From Cyanobacteriota bacterium (GTDB lineage Bacteria; Cyanobacteriota; Cyanobacteriia; Cyanobacteriales; Nostocaceae), in assembly GCA_046045965.1 (NCBI GenBank), contig JBJOKS010000015.1, positions 1 through 64,000 on the forward strand: 64,000 nucleotides of DNA. The letters are read 5' to 3'. Each line of letters begins with the position of its first letter. Position 1 is the first letter of the stretch. Below, piece after piece: positions 42,346 through 52,271 of this stretch. Both the position numbers and the translations under genes were made by a program. The notes under the pieces are model-generated. The model did no database searches. It was not told the DNA's origin and saw nothing but the letters and a program-made list of their open reading frames with translations.

Positions 42346-43815
42346 GGAAAAAGGCTGAAAACCCTTGAGGTTAAGTTTTGGAGCGTGGCGGAAAGACTTA
42401 ACCGTCCTTGATAGCAGGGATGAAAGCCAAACAAGGGCTGTCTTCCCTCAGCGACACATTCTTTTCCTTGACAGATTATGTAAAGTGAATTAACATAATA
42501 TCATGGTTGTTAGGTCGTCGCCATGATAATTTACGAGTTCAAAGTCAAAGCAAAAGATAAGCAATATCAAGCAATAGATGAGGCTATTCGTACCAGCCAA
42601 TTTATCCAAAATAAGTGCTTACGCTACTGGATAGATAACAAAGGGGTGGGACGATATGACCTTAATAAATATTGTGCGGTATTAGCTTCTGAATTTCCCT
42701 TTGCCGATGAACTCAACTCAATGGCTAGACAATCTGCGGCTGAACGTTCTTGGAGTGCAATAGCTCGGTTTTACGATAATTGCAAAAAGAAAGTTAAAGG
42801 TAAAAAAGCGGAAAACGCGGTCTTGGGCTTTGCCCAAGTGGAGCGATTTTCCAAGACAGGCTTTCCAAAGTTTAAGAAAAATTGCCGTTCTGTCGAATAC
42901 AAAACAAGCGGATGGAAACTATCTGAAACTAGAAAAGCAATTACTTTCTCTGACAAAAAAGGAATAGGTACTCTGAAATTAAAAGGTACTTATGACTTGA
43001 ATTACTACGATATCAAGCAAATTAAACGAGTACGTTTAGTACGTCGTGCTGATGGGTATTATGCCCAGTTTGCAATTGATGTAAATATCAGGGTTGAAAC
43101 ACAACCAACTCAACAGGTAGTAGGTTTAGATTTGGGGTTAAACTATTTCATTGCTGATTCAAAAGGCAATATAGAAGAATGTCCCAAGTTTTACCGGAAG
43201 TCAGAGAAACAGTTAAACCGTGCTAATCGTCAAAAATCCAAGAAGTTTAGTCGGGAACGTAAACAAGCAAAGCAACGACAATCTAACAACTATCATAAAG
43301 CTAGAAATAGGTATGCACGGAAACATTTAAGAGTAAGTAGGCAGCGAAAAGAATATTGCAAGAGATTAGCATATTCCGTGATCCAATCTAACGATTTGGT
43401 AGCCTATGAAGACTTAAATGTGAGAGGCATGGTAAAAAACCGACATCTGGCTAAATCAATTTCTGATGCTGGTTGGTCTACTTTTAGGCAATGGTTAGAA
43501 TATTTTGGACATAAATATGGAAAGGCAACTGTTGCAGTTCCTCCCCATAATACAAGTCAAAATTGTTCTAATTGTGGTCAAAAAGTCCAAAAATCTCTGT
43601 CAACTAGAACTCATGTTTGTCATCATTGCGGGTTTGTTGAAGATAGAGATATTAACGCCAGTATCAATATTCTAAAACTGGGATTAACTACGGCGGGACA
43701 CGCCGGAAGCTACGCTTGGGGAGATTTGCCCTCTTGGGCGATTGGTGTAAACCTGTCGTCTAATGGCGAGTCTGTGAACCAAGAATCCCCTCGGCTTTAG
43801 CCAGGGGAGTGTCAA
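42346..43815 (+). mobile_element. IS200/IS605-family (IS1341-like, tnpB-only) element; left end approximate
   Basis: tnpB ORF. Right end CAAGAATCCCCTCGGCTTTAGCCAGGGGAGTGTCAA (hairpin + TCAA) ends at 43815. No tnpA. Confidence 0.8.
42523..43800 (+). CDS. tnpB: RNA-guided endonuclease TnpB with a 17-aa in-frame insertion
   Basis: RuvC motifs GLDLGL, AYEDL and DRDINAS; zinc finger CSNC...CHHC. Confidence 0.93.
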   Translation: MIIYEFKVKAKDKQYQAIDEAIRTSQFIQNKCLRYWIDNKGVGRYDLNKYCAVLASEFPFADELNSMARQSAAERSWSAIARFYDNCKKKVKGKKAENAVLGFAQVERFSKTGFPKFKKNCRSVEYKTSGWKLSETRKAITFSDKKGIGTLKLKGTYDLNYYDIKQIKRVRLVRRADGYYAQFAIDVNIRVETQPTQQVVGLDLGLNYFIADSKGNIEECPKFYRKSEKQLNRANRQKSKKFSRERKQAKQRQSNNYHKARNRYARKHLRVSRQRKEYCKRLAYSVIQSNDLVAYEDLNVRGMVKNRHLAKSISDAGWSTFRQWLEYFGHKYGKATVAVPPHNTSQNCSNCGQKVQKSLSTRTHVCHHCGFVEDRDINASINILKLGLTTAGHAGSYAWGDLPSWAIGVNLSSNGESVNQESPRL

Positions 43816-44174
43816 GACATATTAGGGAGTGTGGATAAAAAAACTCCTTGGAGTTAAGAATATCAACCAATAATTATTAACTTGTTAGTAAAAATTACTA
43901 TCAACAAGATTTAAGCACAGAACTCTATATATACTAGAGTTAGTATTGTCCATAGTGTAAAGATTTTATGGAATATTCAGTATAATTTAAAGGAAAAATA
44001 AAGGTAATTTTGCCATTTTGGCAGGTTTTCCTGAGATAAATAAGATATTACTAGATAGTAGCAATCGTTATTAATGTTTGCGCTATTGTAGCTATATACC
44101 GAATCCTGCTCAGGCTAAATCCACCCCAGACTAAGTAATTCTCTCAGCAATTTAAGAAACTAGGAAAATCATAC

Positions 44175-45413
44175 ATGATATTATCACTGTCTTCTCAAAA
44201 TGTTATCCAGTATCTGCAAAAAGCAGGTCTGTGTAGCTCAGAAGATAGCGCATTATATGAATCTGATTTACCAGAAAGTGGCGGTAATAATCGGAATTTA
44301 CTGGTGAAGCTGGCAGATAATCGTAAACTTCGGGTTAAACAACAAAGGCGCATGAATTTTGATCGCAGTCGCCATGATTTTTTTAATGAGTGGCTGTTTC
44401 ACCAATTACTCGATAAGTTTCCAGTTATTGGCAATATTTCGGCGATCGCATCATTATTGCTCCATTTTGATCAAGAAAATTCTATCCTTGTCCATAGTTA
44501 CTTAAGTGAATATATGGAATTGGGGGAATTTTACGAAAGCACAAGTATTTTCCCTATAGAAATTGCCACCGCCATTGGTACGACATTAGCGGGGTTACAT
44601 CGTTCTACTTTCCAAAAACGAGAGTATCGTGATTTTATGGATACTGCTCCCGAAGGACAGTTTCGCTATCACTATTACAACCCCGCTCAAGGTATAGGTT
44701 CAATTAATCAAGATATCTTTGGACATATTCCCACAGAGGCACTCAAATTTCATACTCTTTATCAGCAATATGAAAGTTTAGAATCAGCGATCGCCGACTT
44801 AGCATATGAATGGAAACCCTGTTGTTTAACTCACAATGATTTACAGTTAAACAATATTTTGGTTCATTCCCGTTGGCAACAACTAGATAATTGCTTGGTA
44901 AGATTGATAGATTGGGAAGCTTGTGCTTGGGGAGATCCAGCTTTTGATTTAGGAACCTTACTAGCAAGTTATGTCAAACTTTGGCTTTCGAGTTTAGTAG
45001 TAGATCCCAGTTTAGAATTAGAAGAATCTCTACATTTGGCAATGATCCCGCTAGAGGTAATTCAACCTTCAATTGTGGCGATAATCCGCGCTTATCTCCA
45101 TGCTTTTCCCATGATTTTGGAATACCGTCGGGACTTTATATTGCGTGTTATTCAGTTTACAGGTTTGGCACTCACTCATCAAATTCAAAACATGATTGAG
45201 GAACGCAAATACTTTGATAATACCCACCTGTGTATGCTGGAAGTTGCTAAAAGTCTATTAACCATGCCTGAGCAAGCTGTGTTAACTATTTTCGGCAGTT
45301 CCGAGTCAGAAATTCTCCAACCTGTAACCGGAGTAAACACAATCGCTAAACCGGAAAAAGAACGGCAACTACTGCGGATTTATTACGAAAAAACTCGCCT
45401 TCGTGGTTGTTAG
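44175..45413 (+). CDS. APH/choline-kinase-fold phosphotransferase (class V LanK-like)
   Basis: LRVKQ, LTHNDLQLNNIL, LIDWE, WGDPAFDLG. Confidence 0.8.
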   Translation: MILSLSSQNVIQYLQKAGLCSSEDSALYESDLPESGGNNRNLLVKLADNRKLRVKQQRRMNFDRSRHDFFNEWLFHQLLDKFPVIGNISAIASLLLHFDQENSILVHSYLSEYMELGEFYESTSIFPIEIATAIGTTLAGLHRSTFQKREYRDFMDTAPEGQFRYHYYNPAQGIGSINQDIFGHIPTEALKFHTLYQQYESLESAIADLAYEWKPCCLTHNDLQLNNILVHSRWQQLDNCLVRLIDWEACAWGDPAFDLGTLLASYVKLWLSSLVVDPSLELEESLHLAMIPLEVIQPSIVAIIRAYLHAFPMILEYRRDFILRVIQFTGLALTHQIQNMIEERKYFDNTHLCMLEVAKSLLTMPEQAVLTIFGSSESEILQPVTGVNTIAKPEKERQLLRIYYEKTRLRGC

Positions 45414-45454
45414 TATTTTAGGTAGTATTTAAATTTGGAGGTGCAAATTTATTC

Positions 45455-46546
45455 ATGTTAGATAATTCTACCAATCACATCATCAATTCTTTATTTGATA
45501 TTGCCAGCAATATTCAAATATCACCAAACTTTTGTATTCAACATCCCAATTATCAACCCTTTGCTCTACCAGCAACAGTAGCAAATCGCTTTAAACACAA
45601 TTCACCAGATTTACAACATAAATATCTAGCTCTACTCTTGCGGAATTTCCTACACGGTATTTATTATAATGGTTCGCTGCAAACTGTGTTATCAGTCAAT
45701 GCTGATCATGGAAATTACTCACCACACAAAAGTTTAGAAGAAAATTATAATGTGGGCATTGATGGGGATTTTTATGAGCAATTACACCAAAATAATCACG
45801 GTATTGGTCATTATGATTCTAGTTGGGAAGTATTAAGGCTAGAACCTGATCAGAGTATCGCCGTAACTAAAAATGATTTGACATTGTATGTTGAGCCAGA
45901 ATGTTATCTCAAATCTAGTAAAAAGTCTGTGAAACCAGGTGATTTAATAGCCATTTGGATGCCCAAAAATCGCTTACACAATGGCTGTTATGTGGCAGTT
46001 AGTAATCTAGGACAGGAACGCAAAATTACATCAGAGGCTAATTTGGGAGTAGGACGAATTTATTTTAATTTTACGCCATTGGGTGCGATCGTTCTCATGG
46101 ATACCCTCACACAAAAACTCAACAACGCCAATATTCCCTTTAGTTTTGAAGTTCTTTATAACCCTGGAAGTTATGGGCGTTATGATGCTGGTACACTTCA
46201 CTTTGAAAGACAAGATTATCCAGTCATTCATAAAATTCTTCAGGCAGCTTATACACAACATCAATCTTATTTTCACCCAGAAATTCCCCTATTTACTAAA
46301 TTTTTAGCTCCCGGACTCAGTTTATCAGAAGAACCAAACCAAAAATTTGCTGCCCAGGAAAGTTTCGGGATGAACAGATGTCAAATAGTTGCTAATGCTT
46401 TGTTAGAAGCTTGGGAAAAAGGTAAAAATGCCATTGAAGAACGCATCCAAATTATTGATAAACATTTTGCACAACATTTAATTGATGTTCAGCGTCCTTA
46501 TCTTAACCCCAGTTCTGAAGATATATACATTCCCTTAAATTGCTAA
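45455..46546 (+). CDS. HopA1-family protein (class V LanY-like phospho-elimination lyase)
   Basis: RIYFN, YGRYDAGTLHF, PLFTKFLAPGL, EEP, ESFGMNRCQIVA, PYLNP. Confidence 0.8.
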   Translation: MLDNSTNHIINSLFDIASNIQISPNFCIQHPNYQPFALPATVANRFKHNSPDLQHKYLALLLRNFLHGIYYNGSLQTVLSVNADHGNYSPHKSLEENYNVGIDGDFYEQLHQNNHGIGHYDSSWEVLRLEPDQSIAVTKNDLTLYVEPECYLKSSKKSVKPGDLIAIWMPKNRLHNGCYVAVSNLGQERKITSEANLGVGRIYFNFTPLGAIVLMDTLTQKLNNANIPFSFEVLYNPGSYGRYDAGTLHFERQDYPVIHKILQAAYTQHQSYFHPEIPLFTKFLAPGLSLSEEPNQKFAAQESFGMNRCQIVANALLEAWEKGKNAIEERIQIIDKHFAQHLIDVQRPYLNPSSEDIYIPLNC

Positions 46547-46558
46547 TAACTCAACTTC

Positions 46559-46591
46559 AGATCCCCCATTTCTTAAAGAAGTCGGGGATCT
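46559..46591. repeat. Palindromic dispersed repeat / possible terminator
   Basis: AGATCCCCCATTTCTTAAAGAAGTCGGGGATCT. Confidence 0.65.
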
Positions 46592-46668
46592 AAATCCCTT
46601 TGCAGTAAAATAAGTTTGTAGCGCAGGTACTTTACCTGTTTTTTGTTTTAATTGAGGATTTTTAGCAG

Positions 46669-47070
46669 ATGATTTTCACATATCAAAGAACCGTCAGATT
46701 TGCAGATACTGATGCTGCGGGAGTGGTTTATTTTGCTAATACTTTAAGTATGTGTCATGAAGCTTACGAAGAATCACTACGGAATTCAGGTATAAATATC
46801 AAAACTTTTTTTACACATCCATCTGTTGCTTTTCCCATTGTTCATGCAAATGTGGATTTTTTACGTCCGATGTATTGCGGTGACAAGTTAATGATTAGTT
46901 TAATACCACAAAAAATAGGTATGGATAAATTTAACATTAACTATGAAATTACGGTGGTTGATGTAATAGTTGCTAAGGCAATTACAAGGCACGTTTGTAT
47001 TGATGTGAATAGTAGAATTAAGCAGGAATTACCAAATGAGATGATTTCTTGGTTGGAAACGTTCGCGTAG
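46669..47070 (+). CDS. Hot-dog-fold thioesterase, probable 1,4-dihydroxy-2-naphthoyl-CoA hydrolase
   Basis: [30 protein letters not shown]; adjacent to the men cluster. Confidence 0.85.
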   Translation: MIFTYQRTVRFADTDAAGVVYFANTLSMCHEAYEESLRNSGINIKTFFTHPSVAFPIVHANVDFLRPMYCGDKLMISLIPQKIGMDKFNINYEITVVDVIVAKAITRHVCIDVNSRIKQELPNEMISWLETFA

Positions 47071-47137
47071 CGTGCCGTAGGCATACCGCAGAGACGCAGA
47101 GGGCGCAGAGAGAAGAAAATCAAGGGAAGAGATTATA

Positions 47138-47212
47138 TAATTCATAATTCATAATTCATAATTCATAATTCATAATTCATAATTCATAATTCATAATTCG
47201 TAATTCGTAATT
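47138..47212. repeat. STRR: (TAATTCA)x8 + (TAATTCG)x2
   Basis: Read directly. Confidence 0.95.
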
Positions 47213-47231
47213 AAAAATTAGGAATCAAGAA

Positions 47232-48602
47232 TTAAGAATTAACAGATGATTTTTCAATAAAATCTAGGGCTATTTGTTGGAGTTGTTGACGGTTTATTTT
47301 ACCTTGTTCATTACGAGGTAAGTTTGGTAGGGGAATCCAATATTTAGGAATTTTAAACTTACTCAGTTTATCTTTTAGTTGGTTTTGAATTTCTAAAATA
47401 GAGGTATTTGGGTGTTTAGGAATATAAATAGCTGTTAACGCTTCTCCCCAAATTTTATCAGGTATACCAATTACACAAACATCAATAATCATGTTTGTTT
47501 TTCTCATCTCTGATTCAACTTCTATCGGGTAAATATTTTCGCCTCCAGTAATAATTTTATTACTACTCCGTCCAATAATATTTAAATATCCCTCTGCATC
47601 TAAAATACCCATATCATCTACTAATAAATTATCTCTATTTTCCCAAAGTTGGGGATAATAACCTAAAGCTAAGGATTTAGCTTTTATATTTATATTTCCT
47701 GTCAAATTATCAATTGTTATTTCCGCATGGGGGAGAATTTGCCCACTATTAACTTTACCTTTCAAAAAATCATCAGGTTTCAAAGTAGCAACTTGAGAAG
47801 CTGTTTCTGTCATTCCATAGGTAGGTGCTAACCTAATTTTATGAAATCTCGCTTTTTCTAACAATTCCTCCCATGCCGGCGCACCTCCTAAAAGTACAGT
47901 TTTAAACTGAAATAACCATTGTGTTAATTGCTTATTTTGCAGCAATCTTTGTAGCTGGGTAGGAACTAAAGATATAAAAAAATCTGAATAATTAATATTA
48001 TATATACTAGGTATTTGTTGAGATTCTATTTCTTTAAATGAGGTAATTACTAATTTACCACCAGTGGTAAAACTTCTCATAAACTGCATCAAACCACTGA
48101 CATGATATAGCGGTAAAACACAAAAAGAATTAACTGCATTTAACTGAAAATATTCTGTAAAACCTTGTACAGATGCGGTTAATGTCTCCCAGGTGTGAAT
48201 AGCAAATTTAATCTTTCCTGATGAACCACCTGTAGGAATCATAATCCAATTTTCGAGATCAGATAAATGATTATTCCCAGTCCCCAGTCCCCAGTCCCCA
48301 GTCCCCAGTCCCCAAACTATATCCGGTTGTACCAAATCAAAAACTTGTTCCCATTCATTTTTCCCCCAGTCGGGATTACATAAAAAAACTGGACATTTCG
48401 CAGCACAAGCAGCAATGAAACCGGCTAAAAATCTCACTGGTTCACGTTCAGCTAAAATTATTTTTGGTGGGATTTCGTTTTTTGATAACTGCGTTAATTC
48501 TAAATATAATTCTGTCGCTATTTTATAAAAATTATGGCTATTTTCAACAATTAACCAATCATGAGTTTTGAGATTTTGTAAATAATTTAAAGGTTGTTCC
48601 AT
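47232..48602 (-). CDS. menE: O-succinylbenzoate-CoA ligase
   Basis: TGGSSGKIK, LPLYHVSG, TYGMTET, ITGGENIYP; men cluster context. Confidence 0.9.
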   Translation of the reverse strand: MEQPLNYLQNLKTHDWLIVENSHNFYKIATELYLELTQLSKNEIPPKIILAEREPVRFLAGFIAACAAKCPVFLCNPDWGKNEWEQVFDLVQPDIVWGLGTGDWGLGTGNNHLSDLENWIMIPTGGSSGKIKFAIHTWETLTASVQGFTEYFQLNAVNSFCVLPLYHVSGLMQFMRSFTTGGKLVITSFKEIESQQIPSIYNINYSDFFISLVPTQLQRLLQNKQLTQWLFQFKTVLLGGAPAWEELLEKARFHKIRLAPTYGMTETASQVATLKPDDFLKGKVNSGQILPHAEITIDNLTGNINIKAKSLALGYYPQLWENRDNLLVDDMGILDAEGYLNIIGRSSNKIITGGENIYPIEVESEMRKTNMIIDVCVIGIPDKIWGEALTAIYIPKHPNTSILEIQNQLKDKLSKFKIPKYWIPLPNLPRNEQGKINRQQLQQIALDFIEKSSVNS

Positions 48603-48613
48603 AAAGATTGAGG

Positions 48614-49546
48614 CTAGTTCGCTTCTTTTTCTGTAAAATAGTGGTTGATACCAAAACCTACTGCGCGATTATTTCTAGATAATTCTGCTGCTAATTTTAA
48701 TGCAGCTTGTCTACCAATTGCAGTTTCAAATACAGATGAAAATACAACATCAATTTGATATTTTTGGCAAAATTTCCTTAACCTTGATGGTGAACCCACT
48801 ATACCAGGTTTAATTACAAAAATTCCTTCCCAACCCCGTTGGTAACAATTTTCAAGTTGTTGTAATGTTGCTACAGATTCATCTAAAGCAATTTTTGTAC
48901 TATAATAATTACTCAATTCTAGCATTTCTGCGAATTTATCTACAGGTAAAGGTTGTTCAATAAATTCAATGTTGTTTGTAAAAAGTTCGCATTGTTTCAA
49001 GAATAATTTAGCTGAATCATAGTTAAGTCCACCATTAGCATCTAAACGTAATTTTGCTGATGTGGGTAATTTCTGAATCAGTAAATTAAAGATTTCTAAT
49101 TCTTTGGCTATTTCATCAACTCCAATTTTCCATTTAAATGTTTGATAACCCTGTTTCCATAAACTTTCCCATTGATTTAAAGCTGCTTCTCCTGCTGGTA
49201 ATAATCCGCTATAATTAAGATTGTCGTAATTGATAAATTTGGGATTTTCTGATAAATTCTCTAGTGCTGACTCAAAACCAAATTGACAAGCTGGTAATTT
49301 ATCTGGAATTGCAAAAATTATCTCTGGGGTAATTTGTTCTGGTAGTTGATGACAAAAATCTAAAGCTTGTTCTAAAGTTTCCGAACCAAACCAAGAAATA
49401 GGGGAAATTTCTCCCCAACTAACTTTACCTGTAATGTCTATAAGTCTGAGAATTATGCTTTCGCGTGTTTCCCAAATTCCATGATTTGTAATTACAGGAA
49501 GAGTGAATTTTTGAGTAATGTGACGAAAGGAAAATTGATAAATCAT
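48614..49546 (-). CDS. menC: O-succinylbenzoate synthase
   Basis: FKWKIG, RLDANG, FIEQP, ALDES, IKP. ATG 49546 overlaps the menA stop. Confidence 0.92.
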   Translation of the reverse strand: MIYQFSFRHITQKFTLPVITNHGIWETRESIILRLIDITGKVSWGEISPISWFGSETLEQALDFCHQLPEQITPEIIFAIPDKLPACQFGFESALENLSENPKFINYDNLNYSGLLPAGEAALNQWESLWKQGYQTFKWKIGVDEIAKELEIFNLLIQKLPTSAKLRLDANGGLNYDSAKLFLKQCELFTNNIEFIEQPLPVDKFAEMLELSNYYSTKIALDESVATLQQLENCYQRGWEGIFVIKPGIVGSPSRLRKFCQKYQIDVVFSSVFETAIGRQAALKLAAELSRNNRAVGFGINHYFTEKEAN

Positions 49547-50445
49547 GAACCAATCACAAATCCTACACCCAAAAGTAAGCAACTCAAAAAATGAACTTTG
49601 ACAGCGATGAATTTAGAATTACTAACTTTGTCTGGTAGGTGATGATTTTCTAGAACATGACGACATAATTGAAACCCAAAGGGTAAACTTAAGCAACTTA
49701 ACAAAGTCCAAACTGGGAAAATTCCCAATCCAACTAACAACAAAGATAAGGGATAAATACTAGCTGTAAACCAAACTAATACTTGTGCGCCTTTTTCTGT
49801 ACCCAAACGCACAATAGGCGATCGCTTTCCAGCAGCTATGTCATCCTTAACTTGATGAAAATGTGAACAAAATAAAATTAAACTGGTGACAATACCAACA
49901 ATCACGGAAGCTGCTAAATTAGTAATTGACCAAGTTTGAGTTTGACTGTAGTATACTGCTGTCATTCCCAAAGGTCCAAAAGCAAAAAAGCAGAGAATTT
50001 CCCCTAAACCCTGGTATCCTAAACGAAAAGGAGGTCCTTGGTACATATAACCCAAACCGCAGCACAGCAGGATTATACCAATTACCGTCGGGTCTTTTTG
50101 CAAAAGGGCGATCGCAATTATTCCCAACAAACCCGAAACCAAGCATAAATTACCCAACCAAAACATTAACTGCTTATTACCAGTTAAATTCACCAAGGAA
50201 TGATGTTTATTTTTATCAATACCTGTTTCTGCATCAAAAACATCATTACTGATATTTTCCCAAGCCAAAATTAAAATTGCCGCAGTCATAAAAACCGCGA
50301 ATATGACACCATTAAAAATCCTAGTTTCTGCAAACGCTACCGCCGAACCTACCCATATAGGCATAATAGCAACACTGTACATTGGTGGTTTAATAGCCGC
50401 CATCCATAATTTATTTTTGGGGATTGATATCTGATTTGCAGTCAT
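49543..50445 (-). CDS. menA: DHNA phytyltransferase
   Basis: AAIKPPMYSVA, NDVFDAETGID, HFHQVKDDIAAGKRS. Confidence 0.95.
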   Translation of the reverse strand: MTANQISIPKNKLWMAAIKPPMYSVAIMPIWVGSAVAFAETRIFNGVIFAVFMTAAILILAWENISNDVFDAETGIDKNKHHSLVNLTGNKQLMFWLGNLCLVSGLLGIIAIALLQKDPTVIGIILLCCGLGYMYQGPPFRLGYQGLGEILCFFAFGPLGMTAVYYSQTQTWSITNLAASVIVGIVTSLILFCSHFHQVKDDIAAGKRSPIVRLGTEKGAQVLVWFTASIYPLSLLLVGLGIFPVWTLLSCLSLPFGFQLCRHVLENHHLPDKVSNSKFIAVKVHFLSCLLLGVGFVIGS

Positions 50446-50743
50446 TAGTCGTGATCAATTAAATTACTAAAAATTTACTTATCAGTTAGATTTTATAGTT
50501 TGGTGAGACATTTTACGGTATTGAATTACAGAAAAATGCTAATTTTGTGATTGATGGTTTACCTTCTGTTCACAAAACTTGACTTGACATTTTGCCACCT
50601 CCAAGAGTATGTATTCTCGGTTTTCCCAGAACCAACTAAAGCTGAGGCTGGTTAATGGTAACAGAATATGCTACCTATAGAAATACGACCACGATTTATT
50701 ACACTTTAGGAAGATAACTTAAAAAAATTTAACTTATACATCC

Positions 50744-52159
50744 ATGACAATTTCACCATGTCGCAGCAGTTTCTTTGTAGACTATAAAGATTTGCATCAA
50801 TTACTGTTAGCAGTGCAGGAAAAGTGCTATGAAAATCACAGCCAGCAAATTGTTAGTATTTCCCTACCAATTGATTTCATAGACCCTTTAGTTGTATTAG
50901 AGAAGTTTGCTCAAGCAAATACATTGAATTTTTACTTTGAAAATAAAAGTAAAGGTGAAGCTATTGCAGCCATTGATGCTATCACAAAATTAGAGATTAC
51001 TGGTAAACACAGATTTAGTAAAACTGAAGAATTTATCAAAGATTGTCTCAAAAATGTGATCAATTTTGGCAATACTAACCAACATTTTGCAGGTACTCAC
51101 TTTTTTTGTAGCTTCAGCTTTTTTGATCAGCATCACCAATTAGATTATCCATTTCCATCTGCTACTATTTTCCTACCTAAATTACAAGTAGCTGTCAAAA
51201 ATTCTGCTTGCACCTTAGTTGTGAATAATTTAATTCATGCAGGTATTAATATTCAAACTATATTACGGGAATTACAAAGCCAAATTAAGACCCTCCAATC
51301 TTTAGGTAATTACTCTCCCAACCTGGAAATTTCTCCAACGACCTTTATCAAAAACCAGATTACCAATTCCGACATATTTAAACATTCAGTATTATCAGCC
51401 TTAGAAAAAATTGCATCTAATCATTTAATAAAAATTGTTTTAGCAGATGCCTTGGATGTCAGATCATATAATTCCTTTAACCTATTCAAATCTTTAAATA
51501 ATCTGCGACAATTACATCCTAATTGTTATGTCTTTTCTACCAGCAATGGCAAAGGACAAAACTTTATTGGTGCTAGTCCAGAACGTTTAATTAGTATTGA
51601 AGATCAGCAATTAATTACTGATGCTTTGGCAGGTTCAGCACCCAGAGGTAAAACACCTAATGAAGATGCGGCTAATGCCAACAATTTAGTTAATAGTAAT
51701 AAAGAAAAACACGAACACAGCCTAGTAATTGATTTTATCACCCAACGTCTATCACAACTAGGATTATTTCCGCAAATTTTAGCCCCGCGTCTACGACAAT
51801 TATCTAATATCCAACATTTATGGACACCAATTACTGCTGTAGTACCTGCTAACATCCATCCCTTAAAAATCGTTGCCCAATTGCATCCGACACCAGCAGT
51901 AGCAGGTGCAGCCAGAGATATTGCTTGTGCAGAAATTCGCCGTTATGAAAGTTTTGAAAGGGGTTTATATGCAGCACCGCTAGGTTGGGTAGATGGGGAA
52001 GGAAATTGTGAGTTTATTGTCGGTATTCGTTCAGCATTAATAGATGGCGATCGCGCTAGACTTTATGCTGGTGCTGGTATCGTCGCCGGTTCTGATCCTG
52101 ATAAAGAATTTGCTGAAGTGCAGCTTAAACTTCAAGCATTACTAAAAGCATTAGTCTAA
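50744..52159 (+). CDS. menF: Isochorismate synthase
   Basis: GASPERL, ALAGS, KEKHEH, LHPTPAV, IRSAL, AGAGIV, LKLQ. Confidence 0.93.
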   Translation: MTISPCRSSFFVDYKDLHQLLLAVQEKCYENHSQQIVSISLPIDFIDPLVVLEKFAQANTLNFYFENKSKGEAIAAIDAITKLEITGKHRFSKTEEFIKDCLKNVINFGNTNQHFAGTHFFCSFSFFDQHHQLDYPFPSATIFLPKLQVAVKNSACTLVVNNLIHAGINIQTILRELQSQIKTLQSLGNYSPNLEISPTTFIKNQITNSDIFKHSVLSALEKIASNHLIKIVLADALDVRSYNSFNLFKSLNNLRQLHPNCYVFSTSNGKGQNFIGASPERLISIEDQQLITDALAGSAPRGKTPNEDAANANNLVNSNKEKHEHSLVIDFITQRLSQLGLFPQILAPRLRQLSNIQHLWTPITAVVPANIHPLKIVAQLHPTPAVAGAARDIACAEIRRYESFERGLYAAPLGWVDGEGNCEFIVGIRSALIDGDRARLYAGAGIVAGSDPDKEFAEVQLKLQALLKALV

Positions 52160-52271
52160 CGTAGCTATAGCCTGAATTAAATAAGTGTAACAAAATCTGT
52201 AACGAGAATATTATTCTCCCTAACTCTAGTCTAAAGTGGTGGGAAAGTTAGGGGTAAACCCTGAAAGGGTA

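Noticed and set aside
45455..46546. HopA1-like gene as a type III secretion effector
   Set aside because: No T3SS genes in the window; pairing with an APH kinase fits the LanK/LanY architecture better.
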